Shown one piece after another: positions 26,450-39,629 of a stretch of 64,000 bases of DNA. Every line of letters starts with the position of its first letter. Positions within the stretch are counted from its first letter, which is position 1. The translations under genes were made by a program, and so were the position numbers. The stretch lies in assembly GCF_024521635.1 (NCBI RefSeq), contig NW_026250429.1:62001-126000 (forward strand). The letters are read 5' to 3'. The notes beneath the pieces are model-generated. The model ran no database searches. It saw only the letters and a program-made list of their open reading frames with translations, and was not told the origin of the DNA. The DNA comes from Tricharina praecox (taxonomy: Eukaryota).

Positions 26450-26857
26450 CAATGTTCTACATAGACCAGTCCAGACCGTATTTGGGAATGGACGGGTCAG
26501 GTCGGGATATATCACGACCAAACGTTTTCGTCTGGTCGGGCCTGTCAGATAGACACGTTTGAATGGGTACTAGACACGTTGCTCTTTACAATCGCCTATG
26601 CGAGACTAGATCCTCCTCGCGTAGGGCGCCCAAGATCTCCGCGACTTTACTCACATCCTGTTTAGTCGCCGCGATCATCCCATCCTTCTGCCCGGTTTTC
26701 AGGCACTCGGCAGCCTCTAGTACATTATTCCCCTTACGACACTTGATCGCACAGGACTAGATTCTCAAGCAGACCTCTGGAAGAACCGGATGGATGTACT
26801 ATAATTCCGTCATTGTGTCGGGGCGGACTGGGCTGGACTGGACTTTGTAGAACACTG
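26450..26857. mobile_element. hAT-like MITE candidate (~410 bp) with 28-bp TIRs
   Basis: Left end caatgttctacatagaccagtccagacc vs reverse complement of right end cagtgttctacaaagtccagtccagccc (24/28). No clear 8-bp TSD. Confidence 0.55.
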
Positions 26858-28430
26858 GCCGAATATGAGTTTATTATAACTGTTGCCTCGCGACACGCTG
26901 TGAAAAATTCAAATTCAGTGATGATGCAGTCATCTGCGATAAAATTGAAAGAAACAAAAACAATAAAATGGAAAGAAAGAAAAACAAACTGCATCCTCGA
27001 CAGCCTCCTCGTCGTCACCGTCCTCACCACCCTCCACCCCTTCATACTCATTTTATTTCTCGTCCATCACCTCCATCTGCTTTGCCTCGTCATCCTCTTC
27101 CGAATTCGACATCAACTTCTTGATAGTGGTTTAACCGATAGGATCACTTGATACGGATCTGTTCGGAGGAGGTGAGAGCCCAATTGATCAAGGCTTTCAA
27201 CACGGCGTGCTGTTGATGTCCAGAGGCTGGAGAGCGTTCGCGAACCCCGTGGGTGCTCCCTCTCCAGCCTCCTGATAATGGCATCTATGTTATCTTCTAG
27301 AAAATTGCCGTGACTATTGGAACCGGTTTTCGCGTCTTCCTCCAAGTATTCGGAAGAGGGAGGGCAGCACCTAGGTGCTCCCTGTCCAGCCTCCTGATTA
27401 TTTAGTCGATATCCTCCAGAAAATCGCCGTGACCATTGGAACCTGTATTAGCCGCTTCCTCTGAGTCTTCGGAGGAGGGAGAAAGAGGAAGGGACGGGGA
27501 TGGAAGTGTCCTCGTCCGAGGAGTATTCCTCGGATGATTGACCTTCCAACCCCGCTCCTCTTCCATCAATTCCCCCTCCTCTGCGCCACCCTAGTGGCTT
27601 TGCGGCCTCAGCCCCTGGGGGGTACCTACTGCACTTTCGGCAGCGTCAAGTAATCCTTCCTGGCGCAGGTAGACGATGGCGCCGCCGGTCGGATCAAGCG
27701 ACATCAAACGTGCAGCTTCGTCCAGCTGTTCGCCGCAGTCGCAGCGCGCGGACCACGCGATCTCGCCCGTGTAACATTCAGAATGAATGCGGACCAATGG
27801 GATGTTCTTTTGCTGCTGTTCGCCATCACTAGCCGGAATTCCCGGTAATCGGACGTGAGCTGGCGCACGACCGACCACCGGGAATGCCGGGAGGATTATT
27901 TCGAAGGGTGGTGGTGAAGGAGGGACGGTTGATGGGAGGTGGTGAGGGACGGGGTTGATGGGGGTAGGATGAAGGAGGATGATATCCATGTATCCAGGTG
28001 AGATCGAGTTGACTCGGATATTGTAACGTGCCCATTCCGCCGATGTTCACTAGCCGGTATTGCCAGGAGGATTATGTTGAAGGGGGTAGTTGAAAGAGGA
28101 AATTGATGGTGTAGTAGCGCTGTAGCAAGAAGAAAGAGATTTATCGAGAGGATGTTGATGGTGGAGGAAGAAGAAAGGTAGGAAGAAAGAGGATGTTGAT
28201 GGTGGAAAGGGAAGAAGGAGGAGGGAGGGAGAGAGGAAGATGATGGTGGGGTAGGAAGAAGTGGGAGGGCACAACCCCGCGGGCAAAACCCTACACGCTG
28301 CTTGGCACTGCACCGTCGTTGAGGCTTTCGAGTAGTCAGCGTCCCTTTGAATTTTGAATAATCGGAATATTCACCTCAAAAGCACAACTTAGCCGACGCA
28401 AGAGTATACTACATCAGAAAATAAAATTTC
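26858..28430 (-). mobile_element. Cassette-family copy carrying a RIB1 fragment
   Basis: CT-rich header at 28080-28300 (shared with 36490-36790 and 51100-51300), acidic tract, and conserved 3' module gatgcagtcatctgcgataaaattgaaagaaa at 26922-26955. Confidence 0.6.
27654..27826 (-). pseudogene. RIB1: Captured fragment of GTP cyclohydrolase II (riboflavin biosynthesis)
   Basis: [45 protein letters not shown] matches the zinc-binding core of RibA/Rib1. Homology stops abruptly before the expected RGIGL. Confidence 0.88.
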
Positions 28431-29029
28431 TCCATAAGCGTAGTCGGCTACGTGTATAATATTTGCTGCGTTAGGTGCGTCGAGTAACAGGGGGGGGCCC
28501 ATGGACGGATCTACTCCACCCCGTTCCGTGGGAATGACGTCGGGTGGGGTGTTCGTACGTTCGCTGGAACGATGTTAGGCAAAACATACGCAGAAATCGG
28601 AGGGAGTTTTGCATTCTTTATTGCTTGCATGTGGCCTATTTGGGCAATGGTAGTATCTACATCCCGTCCGCTCCAACAACTCTCCCCCAGCATCGCCCTT
28701 GACTGGCCCGTACCCTAGGTTCTTCGCTTGATTCGCCCTGCCTCGTCCTTGACAGACTGGTTCCCTCAAACGAGACGACATGACGCAGTTGAGAGAAAAC
28801 CTAGGCGTCCAAGAAGATGCGCAAGTAAGATAGAGTCCGTCCTCTGTAGAGAGTATGGCAAGATGTTGCCTTCAGGCTTCATCCACAGTGATAGAGGCGT
28901 AGCAAATTCAATGCCGTAACTGCACTCAGCAATTAATCGTCTACGTTGTACGTACGTCACACAATGTAACGAGGTCACTACCAGCTACCCAGAAACATAG
29001 GCTGTCACGCGGGAACAGAGTACCGGTTG

Positions 29030-29440
29030 ACAAAGTGATGTGTGTGCGTTGTTTCATGACCGAATACTAAGAATCTGCGCGCCGCGTATAGAGAGAGAGA
29101 TATTCAGTATGTTTTGCATGCAGTGTTTCAAGACTCTGGCGAACCATCGTACTCTTTTCCTGCCCACCCTGACCGGCCTGCAACATGTGGCGCCGCGGTC
29201 TACCAAACAGGTTACAGATGACAAAGGGAATTGGGCCGACATATGTTTCGCACCAAGAACAGACAATCGTATGTGGTGGCTCCTCACGTCCGTGCACAGA
29301 CGGAAGACTCTGTACTCTGCTGAGGTCTCTTGCTTTGCACCCGATGCTTCGCCTCACTGCTCCTTCTGCCCTGGGAACTCCAGGATCGGATCCCTGCACC
29401 GCTCATCGGCGAACAGATCACTCGATGTGCGCGAGATGAC
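29030..29440 (-). mobile_element. LINE 3' relic, same family as 2205-3130
   Basis: DLFADERCRDPILEF matches ELFADERCSEAILEF. 3' UTR gggcaggaaaagagtacgatggttcgccagagtct matches gagcagaaaagaagtgcgacggttcgccatagtct (3003-3037). Confidence 0.75.
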
Positions 29441-29720
29441 GCTAGCCTCGACGGCAGAAGCATGCCTCGAAAGCAGCGACGAGCATAGACTGCAGCGACA
29501 CAAGCAGTCATGACGCTACGGCGATTCAATATCAAGCACCGTAGTGGGTTTTACCCTGAAAATTCCGCCGCACCCCTTGCCACCAGCTTCCTTTCCCTCC
29601 TTTATCATCCACCATCCACTTCCTCTCTCTCTCTCTCCTTTCTCACTACTTCCTCATCAACTTCCACTTTTTACCTCTCCCTCTCAATTACCTCTCCCTC
29701 TCAATTACCTCAACGTCAAC
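29440..29720 (+). mobile_element. Cassette-family 5' module (degenerate 21-mer + header)
   Basis: gcctcgacggcag remnants followed by acgctacggcgattcaat..ttttaccctga..ccgccgcaccc and a CT tract. Confidence 0.6.
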
Positions 29721-31019
29721 TAGACGATCGGTGAAAGGACGGCACAACCATAAGACTAGTTCCGGCGCCTGTACAACGTCCTCGCCGAGTCGCCTTCGTC
29801 CTACAACTCACCCGTGATCGGTTCAGATTCGACGCAGGGTACCAACTTCGATGGGTTCATGAACCCTCAGAAGCGAAAGAACTGCCCCATCGGTATGGAC
29901 AGGTCCGAGAGGAGTCCGTCGGTCGTGGGCGGCACCACGGTGCCCGAGCCCAACGTTAAAGTAGGTATATCCTGATCCATGGGGTGCAACCTGTATCTCG
30001 AAAACAGTGACTGACATCGTGTAGGACTCGCTGTTGGTTTTCCGACCAGTCCTCTTACCGAAGACGACGTGCAGATCGCCGTCGACAGTAAGAAAACGAT
30101 GAAGAGGACAGCAGGGATAACGAAGTAGACAAGGATTACATCTCTCTAATGGCCGGCAAACAGCTTCGTACTTTTGCGCGCTAGCACGGAATCCCTCTCT
30201 CCAGGGACCTCACGCGCAGGGACCAGATCGAGCAAAAGATCTCGTGCTCGCTTCGAACTTTCAGAGCACTTTGCCCACGTTCCCCACTTTGCCCTCGCTC
30301 CCCACTTTGCCCTCGCTCCCCAGGGGCTATGTCGGCTGTCGCGGTGGGCAAGAGGCACTGTTCGCCTAGCAACGACAAAAATCGCAAGATTCTCAAAGGA
30401 ACGAACACTACTGACACTGCTCCTTACTCTCCTAGATCCGCTGCGAATGCCCTGTCACCTACTGCTACTCGTCGTACCAGAAATACCCACTGATACCGCC
30501 TCCTGCCTCGATACCGCCTCCTCCCTCGGCACCGCCACCCTCGATATCGCCACCCTCTATAACGTCTCCTCCCTACATACTGTCTCCTCTCTCAATACTG
30601 CTACTCACCGATCGTCCATTCCGACTGCTTCTCACGCGGCTGGCACCACCGCGGATACTGTTAGATACAAGAGGTAGATAAACATATCAATAGTATTTGA
30701 TACAGCAGCAACATCGTGAGCTGCGAGCTCTCTCCATACAGTCTTCATAAACCAGGAAATCTCTGCATCGATCTCTTCATGAGGTCGGGGTTCCGTCGCC
30801 TGTCGACCGTCTCCCGAGCTCAGATACTCCACTAGAGTACACTAGGGACATCGTCATCTCCGGACGTCCCATAATCTGACAGATACCATATCCTTCCCCT
30901 GTATCACGCTGGCCTTGAAGAGGAGCCTGTGCTGTTGTTTCTCGTTCATGTCTGGAAATGACTGGTGATTGGTCGTTTATACTAGAAATGTAGGCATTCA
31001 CTCTATGCAATGGCTCCGG

Positions 31020-31085
31020 GACATTCCCAGCGTTACTAGAGTCAGGACTGCCTACACGCACCCAACGGATTTTTTTTTCTTCCTG
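31020..31085 (+). repeat. ~65-bp direct repeat, partner at 32280-32345
   Basis: ttcccagcgttac.agagtcag...gc.tacacgcacccaacggat.tttttt..ttcctg occurs at both sites. Confidence 0.75.
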
Positions 31086-31429
31086 TTGTGTGTATTTTCA
31101 ACTGAGCTGAATATTTTGATGTTCGAAAAAGAAGTTCAACTGTAACGTAGGTAGGAAGACACGCATTGCAGCCGACTAATTACAGCGACTGCCAATACTG
31201 GTATAACTACTGAAGGGGAAAAAATCGTAAGGCGATGTGTATCACAGGAGAGAAAGCTCAGTCCAGCCAGAGTAAAAACAGGGCGGATTGCTTCGATCCT
31301 GTCCCCCGAAACATATGAACGGAGTGGGATTGAATTAACAGCTCTGGTCCCTCCGGACTACGTAGATAATAGGTGCCTCGATTCTCGGGCAGCGCCTTAC
31401 GGGTGATTGCACAAAGAGCGAGTCACAAC

Positions 31430-31901
31430 GCAAGCCTTGAAGACAGCGACAAGCCTCAGTAATTGAAGATCTCTCTCTCACAAGCCTCAGTAACGTGGCT
31501 ACGCCAATTTAATTCCGCGCATCACGCAGTGTTTCACCCGCAGGGTTTAGCCGCCCACCCTTCCTCTCTTTCCCTCTCTTTCCTTTATAATCCACCACCA
31601 TCCTCTTTCTACATACCGCTTCTTCATACTCCACCACCAACATCCTCTTCCCACCTCCCGCTTCTTCCTACACTTCTACTCTACCATCCACTTCGTCTCA
31701 TTCCCTCCCGAAAGGTACCGCCCCAAGTCTCCCCACTTGGGAGGGGGGCGGGGGGGTTAATCAGACTCCGATGATGAGGACTCCGAGGAGGACTCAGAGA
31801 TTATCTCTGCGTCGGCTCCAATGATGATGGGTGATGGGGATTGGTACTACCGAATGCAGTCGCCAAAGTGGTACCGTAACTGTACAGCCAGCAGTGGTGG
31901 T

Positions 31902-31934
<33 letters not shown>

Positions 31935-32265
31935 GATCTCGAGCCCGTAATATTACTACCTAGCCGGTTTCGGTTTCAGCATGCAATTCTATTCCTGGGC
32001 CAGCCTACTTAGGCAGAATTCTATGGATAGTCTGGCCCATGGTGAGATATCTGGCTCCTGGGCCAGCCAAGGAGCCGGAAAAAATCTATCCATGGTCCGG
32101 CCTGTTGTGAGATCCGACCCACCTATACACGGGCCGGTCCATCTATAGTTGCGCCGGCCCATCTAAAGAAGAATAATTTTGCCCAGTGGCATAGAACATA
32201 TCTATAGTAGGCTCGTAGCCCGATAGTGTTTTACATGGTACATTCCAGCCCTGTTTTTCCCGCCC
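31430..32265 (+). mobile_element. Cassette-family copy (short)
   Basis: acaagcctc remnants, header gctacgccaatttaatt..tttcacccgcaggg..gccgcccac..tttataatccacc, G tract + gactccgatgatgaggactccgagg, and 3' tatagtaggctcgtagcc..tagtgttttaca. Confidence 0.6.
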
Positions 32266-32359
32266 CATTGATAAGTTAGACGTTCCCAGCGTTACCAGAG
32301 TCAGTGCCGCTTACACGCACCCAACGGATCTTTTTTCTTTCCTGATGTCGATCAACCTG

Positions 32360-35135
32360 GTGGCGAGATCTCCGGCCTCCGCAACAGCAGGAGTGAGAAC
32401 TAGCTGAGAGGCCGTACGTTGAAGCCTTACTGCCTACACATCGTCAGGGGACCCGGGGACCGTGCGTCGGACTCCCATTTCTGTGTTATTGTGGTAAGTG
32501 ATTCAGTTGGTGCAGATGGGTAATTATCTCCTACAGAGAAGCTGAACTCCGTGAGTCTGTGTAGAAGAACTTGCTCGTATCTCCCTCTTCGGTCTATAGA
32601 CCTGCACGACATCATACACGAATTAGAAGTTGGCACTGGAGAAGGATGACGGCTACCATCGGAGGCTCGGAAAATCGGAGGCAAGCCGCCAATGGCGCCT
32701 TGCGCTGTCAGGGGGAATCGACTACGAAGATGGCAAAGAGTACCCAGGGCTAGAGAAGCCAACTGATATGCACTAGCACGCCTGGCAGCACGTAACACTG
32801 TCTGGATACTGAAATCCGGGCGTGGCCTTTGATACCTTCCGGGAGTGGCCTTTGATACTTTCCAAAAGCAACCTGCCTATCACCCAGAGGCGCCTTCTCC
32901 GGCCGCCGCAGCATGAAGAGCGGCAAATGGCTGCGGAGCCGCACGATTATGCCTTACAGGTCTCCAGGGGAGCCGGGTCCCCGCGACTGCACGTCTGAAT
33001 CCGAGTTCCATTTCGCTGTGGTGTGTGATTCAATGTGCAAATATGTACAGTCTACTGCAGACAAACTGACCTTTATGCAGATCAGCTAGGTCTTGAGTGC
33101 ATCGCTCGCCACACGCTGCAGAGCCGGGCAATATTCTTCACCACTTAAGAAGTAGAGAAGTCGCGGCATGTTTTCCGCCCTCTCGGTCAGCAATCATTCG
33201 TATCGCCAAATCCAACCCGATCCCGGTCAAGAAACAGCAACCGCCAGCTCGAATATCATCACTGCCATCAAGACCCTCAACAACAGCCTTATTACCGTTT
33301 ACGCTGGAAAATGGGTGAGGATGGGTCGGGATTGGGCGGAGTGCGCGGCGTCGAATTACTGGGCGGAAAACACCTCCGGTACGGCGGCACAAACCAACTA
33401 GCCGCACTGGGGCAGTGGAGTTATAGGTTGGGGCTTGTGAAGTCCCTTCCAAGTTCCATCCCTTTGATCCCCATAGGTACTTAGTCAGAGTTCGTACGCT
33501 GATGACTGGTGAGGAGAGGATATAGCTTAGCTGAGAAGATTGTATACGAGACTGGAATCAAATAAATACGGACATCTGGTAGTGGCTGTGATTCGTACAA
33601 CGGCAGGAACGGGCTACGTCGCCGATAATTACCCACTCCCGGAGGTGGCCGTACGTCCAAGTGCCATTTCCATGTCTCGGTGGTGTGTGATCCAGTTGGT
33701 GCAGATATCTACAGATTACTTCAGAAAACTGACCTTTGTGTAGAAGGAGCTTGATAGTATTGCCCTCTGCAGTCTATAAACCTGGGTGGTATTATGCACT
33801 ACTTGAAAGTTGGCACTTGAGAAGCTCCGGCGTGGCTTTCTTCACGCTCGGAGACCGATATAACGTCTAAGGTCTACCTCCCTTCGGAGAATCGGAGAAT
33901 CGGAGGCAAGCGGACAGTAGATCATGGCAGTATGCTCGCGGAAGAAGGTTCGACGATGACCACTACAACGGCGGGGACGATGCCAACCTTTGGCTAGAGA
34001 CGCCAGCTGATATGTACGCTTGACGGCACCTGCCGCATCGTGAGCTGGCCATGCTGTACTCCGGAAATGGCCTTTGATTCCACCATATGCGAGTTTTCTT
34101 TATATCTGTCACCCTTTGGCGACAACGCATGTGCATGTGCTGTCACTCGCTCGCATGCACAGCCTGTCTGTTAAGAAAAGTGGTATAATGAAGTAGTGTA
34201 CAGTGTCTCGTAGCCAGAGCAAAATACATAGGCGCGAAGGTGCCTCGGATAGAGGCCGCTCGGCGCCGCTCGCCACCTCCGTGTGAGAACGGATAAGGGA
34301 AGTCCGAGTGATCTCGCATGAAGCGGTACACGGAAGTTCGTGATATTATGACGCTGTCGCTCGTGTTGCACACGAATTGCTGTATAGCGCTAGCAGAGTA
34401 TAGAGTCTCTGTCCGTAGCTAATGACTATCTACATCATCTTTTTCATCATTCACATTTCGTTCGTTTGATTGACTTCATCATCACAACACTACCCAGAGT
34501 GCGGAGGCGAGATCTCCGACAGCCGCCGCAGGACTCGGGAGATACCTGCACGGGGGAGGAGAGGAGGGAATACGCACGTTACAGCCTAGGAAGACGCACG
34601 TGACAGCTTTACAAGTCTCCAGGGGAGACCTTACACCAAAGTCTCTTTTCCGTGTTACTGTTACTGTGCCGTGAGTGATCCAGTTGGTACAGATAACCAT
34701 CTAGTGGACTACTGCAGATACTGTGACCAGTGAGCGCTGTGTAGAACACTGCATCGCAACGCCCTCAGGGCCTTCACACACCTAGAGAATAGCATTCGCA
34801 ATCTGGATGCTGGCACTTGCGAAGCCGCGGCGTGGCCTTTCGCCCCGGCGAAGTGTCGGAGTTGATGTCTACCTTCTGAGAATCGGAGAATTAGGGGCAG
34901 GCTTCACGTGAGATTGTGTGTTTGAAAGAAGACCCGACTGATGCGACGATGCTCATGGCGATGGCGACGCCACTACCTACACAAAGACGCCGGCTGATAC
35001 TTACGCTTGTCGGCACCGCAACTGAGACTGGGTACTAAAGACCGGGAGTTGCCTTTGACACCTACCTTAGGCAACTTGTATATCTACCCAGAGTTGTAGA
35101 CTCACAGAGGCGAGATCTCCGATAGCCGCCGAAGG
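32360..35135 (+). repeat. Three degenerate copies of a ~500-600 bp unit (32360-32895, 33640-34115, 34500-35135)
   Basis: Shared ordered blocks ggcgagatctccg, gtgatccagttggtgcagat, gttggcact, ggagaatcggaggcaagc, gcc.gctgata, ggcctttga and tatc.acccagag. Confidence 0.7.
34143..34345 (-). repeat. ~210-bp dispersed repeat, 3 copies (also 56108-56292 + and 58592-58808 +)
   Basis: ataTCACGAACTTCCGTGTA..catgcgagatcactc..tccgttctcacggaggtggcgagcggc..cctct..tacactac..ataccactt..ttaaca..gagtga. Confidence 0.8.
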
Positions 35136-35214
35136 AATCAAGAGAGAGCGGGCACAGGTAACTAAGTCACATGTTACACCGTATATGGGGAAGGTAGAAA
35201 GAGTAGTAAAGTTA

Positions 35215-35901
35215 TGGCGTCGCGACGAGCTTGATAAGATACATAGTAATTGAGGATGCAGATATCTGCGATAAAATTGAAAGAAAGAAGAACGAAACAC
35301 AAGAAAAAATAGAAAAAACAGAACAAAAAACAAACGCCCGAAATCCATCAGAAACCCTCCGTCCCTGCCAGCGGCCAGCACCAGAGCTTTTGGACTCCTC
35401 CTTGCTGTCGCCTCATAAGCGAAGTTATGTCGGTCGTCTAATTGCCCGATATCGTCCTTGCTGCCGCCTCGTAGTCGAAGTTATGTGGGTCAGCGTGCCG
35501 CGCAGCCCTAGGAATGACGTCCATCAGGAGATACAGCAGATATCCCTTCGTGTGTCTTTGGTGTCGCGCGTCCAGTCCCACGTTGCCAACATAGTCGACA
35601 ATCTTCATGAGCAGCGGCTCGACCTCTTGACGGCGTAGGTCCCACTGCCAGATGCGCCAGACGTATTCGTCCTTTTGAGCCGTGCTTCTGACTGGCATGT
35701 CCATCACCGTATAGCGGTGATGGACTTGTAATTTCCTAGCGGAAACGATTCCGCCAGGAAAGAAAGGCCTAACCGTCGGGACGGTTGGCCGGGGGGATCA
35801 ATGAGCATTAAGCTCTTCATCCTCGGAGTCCCCGTCATCAAAGTTGACCCAGAGAGTTTCTCTGGGTACTCCTCGAAGTCCTCTTCATCGGAGTCTAATT
35901 G

Positions 35902-35961
<60 letters not shown>

Positions 35962-36790
35962 CGCAAAACTGCGGGAGATGGATCTGGTGCGCGCTGTTCT
36001 GGCAACCAGAAGATCTATTCGCCTGGCCATTGTCAGTGCCCATATTCCAGATCTTTAGATGAAGGACGGAAAGAAAACTCACCACTTCCTTATTCGCACT
36101 TGCAAATAGAGTGGTCTTCAGAGCGTTCTTCAGAATCTGCTTCTCGGCGGCGCGAACGGAAAGCTGAGCGCACGGCTTACCGTTGTCGTCACGGCAGGCG
36201 TCGACACCTGCAATGACTCAGTCATCTGTGCCGACATATGTGAGATAGATTTTGCAACATACCGAGGTCAATATTTTCCTTCCATTCGTCGTTATTCAAT
36301 GCTTCGGTGACACCTGCTGTAGTTAGTACGAGCTTCACCCATTAATAGAAAGGGTTTCATACCGGGAATGGCACCAAGTCAATCACTCAGCGAGCAATGA
36401 TTTGTGTGGATTTGCGGGCCGGCGAGCACTGATGCGGCTGGATTTGTGAGCCAGCCGGCGCAGGCCCGACCACCGGGAATGGTGGAGAAGTGTTGTGGAA
36501 GGGAGTTGTTGAAAGAGCAAATCAATGCTGTAGTAGCACTGTAGCAAGAAGAAAGAGAGAGAGAGAGCGGATGTTTACGGGAAGGACGAAGAAAGATAGG
36601 AAGAGAGAGGATGTTGATGGTGGAGAAGGAGGAAGTGGGAGGGCGCAACTCTGCGCGCTGCTTGGCAATGCAACACCGTTGAGGCTTGGGAGTAGTCAGC
36701 AGCCCATTGTATTCTCGAATTATCAGGGGTTTCCCTTCAAAAGCACGATTTTGCTGACGTAAGAGGATACCACGTGAATTAAGACATATC
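35215..36790 (-). mobile_element. Cassette-family copy; inverted paralog of 51050-52580
   Basis: 36040-36350, 35700-35895 and 35340-35390 match the reverse complements of 51625-51930, 51930-52125 and 52297-52350. Header at 36490-36660; 3' module at 35248-35290. Confidence 0.75.
35903..35958 (+). repeat. C56 homopolymer (poly-G on the minus strand)
   Basis: Counted directly. Confidence 0.9.
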
Positions 36791-37208
36791 ATTCTGTTGA
36801 CATGCTCCACGGATTATGCGACAATTTTCCGCTGTACCTGTACCAGAGTTGGCAGTGTGTCGCGTCCCACCTTACTGCGGTACTGTTCCGAACGGAATGC
36901 ACCAAAATATTTAATCGTGGAAGAGGACTATTGTGCACCTCATTGACCTTCACTATAATGGCGATGGATGCCTGTGTCTGGTCTACCTATCTCATATCTT
37001 CACGATAGAGGGAACTCCGGGAATGTCCTCATTGTCGCTCGGCGATTGTTCGGGTGAAAAGCTCCTGCATTTCCCTACAGAGCCTATGGGTATGAGATTT
37101 TGAGAGAAGAGCGCAACCTATGCAGTACAAACTCGTTCATCCCCTAATCGCCCGAATGCGTAACGAAAACAAATGTTCGAAACCCGAGCATACGAAACTC
37201 CTTTCCAA

Positions 37209-38372
37209 TCAGTCCATCGGCTTCTTGCCGTACACGACGTAGCTAGACAACCCCAATGATCAGCATGCACCACTGTAAGTCCGACGACAATGGAGGTGAA
37301 CGTACAAGTTTGTGTAAACATGATGATTCTTGTTCTTACAACTCTTCCACGCCTCAGCACACAGCTTCTGCGCCTCCTCCGCCTCCATACCCATAATCCT
37401 GGTAGCCGCAGCCATAACGTAGGCCTCGATACCAGTTTCCATCGCCAACATTGCAATTGCACCAATCTGCTTCTGACGCGGATCCCTCGGCCACAGTCCG
37501 TACGGCTGCTTGTATGTAGACGTCGTGATATCCACACAGCCGGCCATTTTGAGGAACGCGGCCATACGCTCCAATCTCGCTCCGTGGCGGCCGATACGTG
37601 GTAAAGCTTCCGCATTGACGAGGTCGTAGGAACGTTTGAACGCGTTGTCAGGGGCGAGTGTGCCGTCATCGCTGTAGAGCTCGCAGCCAAGCTCTGCTAG
37701 CTCGATGTATCCGCCCGGCTTGGTACAGCGGAACATTTCGGACGTGAGTTTTGGCCAGTCGGTGATGGACTGCGCGAGGTTGCGAGCGTGAACGTAGTCG
37801 AACGTGTCCTATGAACCCCATGTTAACATCTCCTGGTAGTATGAACGAGTCACACCTTATGACTTACCTCCGCGTGCGTCCAATCCTTCTCCGCATCATC
37901 GACTTCAAAGTTGCAGTTCGGGGGCACCCAATTTGGTTGAATGGGACTCAGATCACTCCCGGTAACCCAAGCAGACGGATACCTATCCGCCATATCGATA
38001 GCCCAAACTCCGGTACCCGTTCCCACATCCAGTATCTTCTGCGGATTATTCAACGGCGCCTTGTGAAGACTTCCCCCCAGCAGGAGAAGCATCATCTCAT
38101 GGTGCATGTCCAGTCGATCTTGTTCTGTTTCATCGTTGGGAAGGAGGTTCTTCTCGGCGCCGTAGTAGACGTGGTAGCGACGACCGTTCTCGAAGACGAA
38201 GGCGTTGATCGACGAGCTTAAACTCTGGGTGCTCGTATTGTAGCCGGCGGATTCGTAGTCTTCGTCGTCATTCGCAAGCTGAATAACCAGATGAGCAAAG
38301 CGGGGATAGGTGTTATAGGCCGAGTGAACTCACAACTTTGGGGTCGACCTCGATATCGGAATTGTTGGACAT
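37209..38372 (-). CDS. LaeA-like / TAM-type SAM-dependent methyltransferase, 4 exons
   Basis: MSNNSDIEVDP, STQSLSSSINAFVFENGRRYH, LPNDETEQDRLDMHH, ILDVGTGTGVWAIDMA, GSDLSPIQP, FEVDDAEKDW, KPGGYIELAE and final exon YVVYGKKPMD*. Confidence 0.93.
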
Positions 38373-39629
38373 GACTTTTAATCTTCTTCGCACGGATATC
38401 TGGACGCGAGAACATTGCGAACAAGCCGCAACTTATATAGGATTCCACCTAGCACCTGAGTCTTATTCGATCCTCCCAGCTTCCGGGGTGAGTGCAGTAA
38501 CCGACATCCGCCTCCACACCAGCCTCTCATCCATATCCTAGCCCTGCCTCAGCAGCGGGTCGGGCCTCTTGCCGCTTCGGATCTCACCTCTTAGCCCCTC
38601 GTAGCGTGGTGCCAACAGTTCTTCGCGTATCCAATGTGAATGGAGCTGGCGTCTCGGGAGCTTGTTCGGCGTCAATTGGATCCCTCGCTTTAGGCTAAAG
38701 CGCGGATGGGCGGGTTACCATGCATCCAGCCGACACCAGCGACTGTGGATCTGCAGCACAAGGTGGTTAGGAAACGGCAGTTGCGAATGCGTAGATTGCA
38801 CATCGCGGTGTTGGTGGTCTCACATGCGCATATGGGAGTCTGGGCCACAGCTGCCAGGCACAAACTGACGGAACCGCGAAGGGCGCGAATAGCACACCTG
38901 ATAAGGTCGGGTCGGATTCGGCCAGCCTAGCACGGATCGCGTCTACTGAGGTAGACCATATTCGGACCGGTGAGGGATTCGGGTCCATTAGCCGCGAGTG
39001 CATTGGCGAGCGGGATCGAGTAGCGTAATCGAACTGCCGCTGTGGCCTGGAAGAGTGTCCGCGACGCCGCGCGGCTGCCGACTAGCAGCAGGGATGTCAT
39101 GATCGTCGGGAATATCGAGAGACAGCACCATCAAACGACACCCTACGCCGCGTGCCCACCTAGCCGGAACGTAAACGGTCTGCCGAATACCCGTGTCGGT
39201 TGTCCTCGGGTTGGACGGAGTGTTGGGGAAATCCTCATCGGTAATTATTTGGCCATGTGGGCGACACTGTAAGATACAGACTGACGATTAGCGACAAAGA
39301 GGGATCAGTGGCTGGGGTACTCACTGGGGTGCTGCGTGGCTACCGGGACCGGGTTCTGGCAATATTGTGTAACCATCGGTCACGGACCCGTGTCCGGCCG
39401 GGATCTGCGAGTGAGAATCGATAACTGTGTTTCGTTCGGGTTGTCGCAAGAGATATCTGCACGAGTGTTGGAAACATTCGAAAACTGTTCAGGAGTGGAT
39501 AATTGGGATTTCGTACGTGAATCTGCACAAATGGCTCTTCAGCCGTTTCTGCTTCCAAAGCGAGCATAGGCGAGCAGCATCGCACAGGGAAACGAAACCC
39601 TGCAGGTGAAACCGTCGGTACGGACGAGA

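Noticed and set aside
35704..36216. Poly-Gly/poly-Pro ORFs
   Set aside because: Artefacts of the C56 homopolymer inside a repeat.
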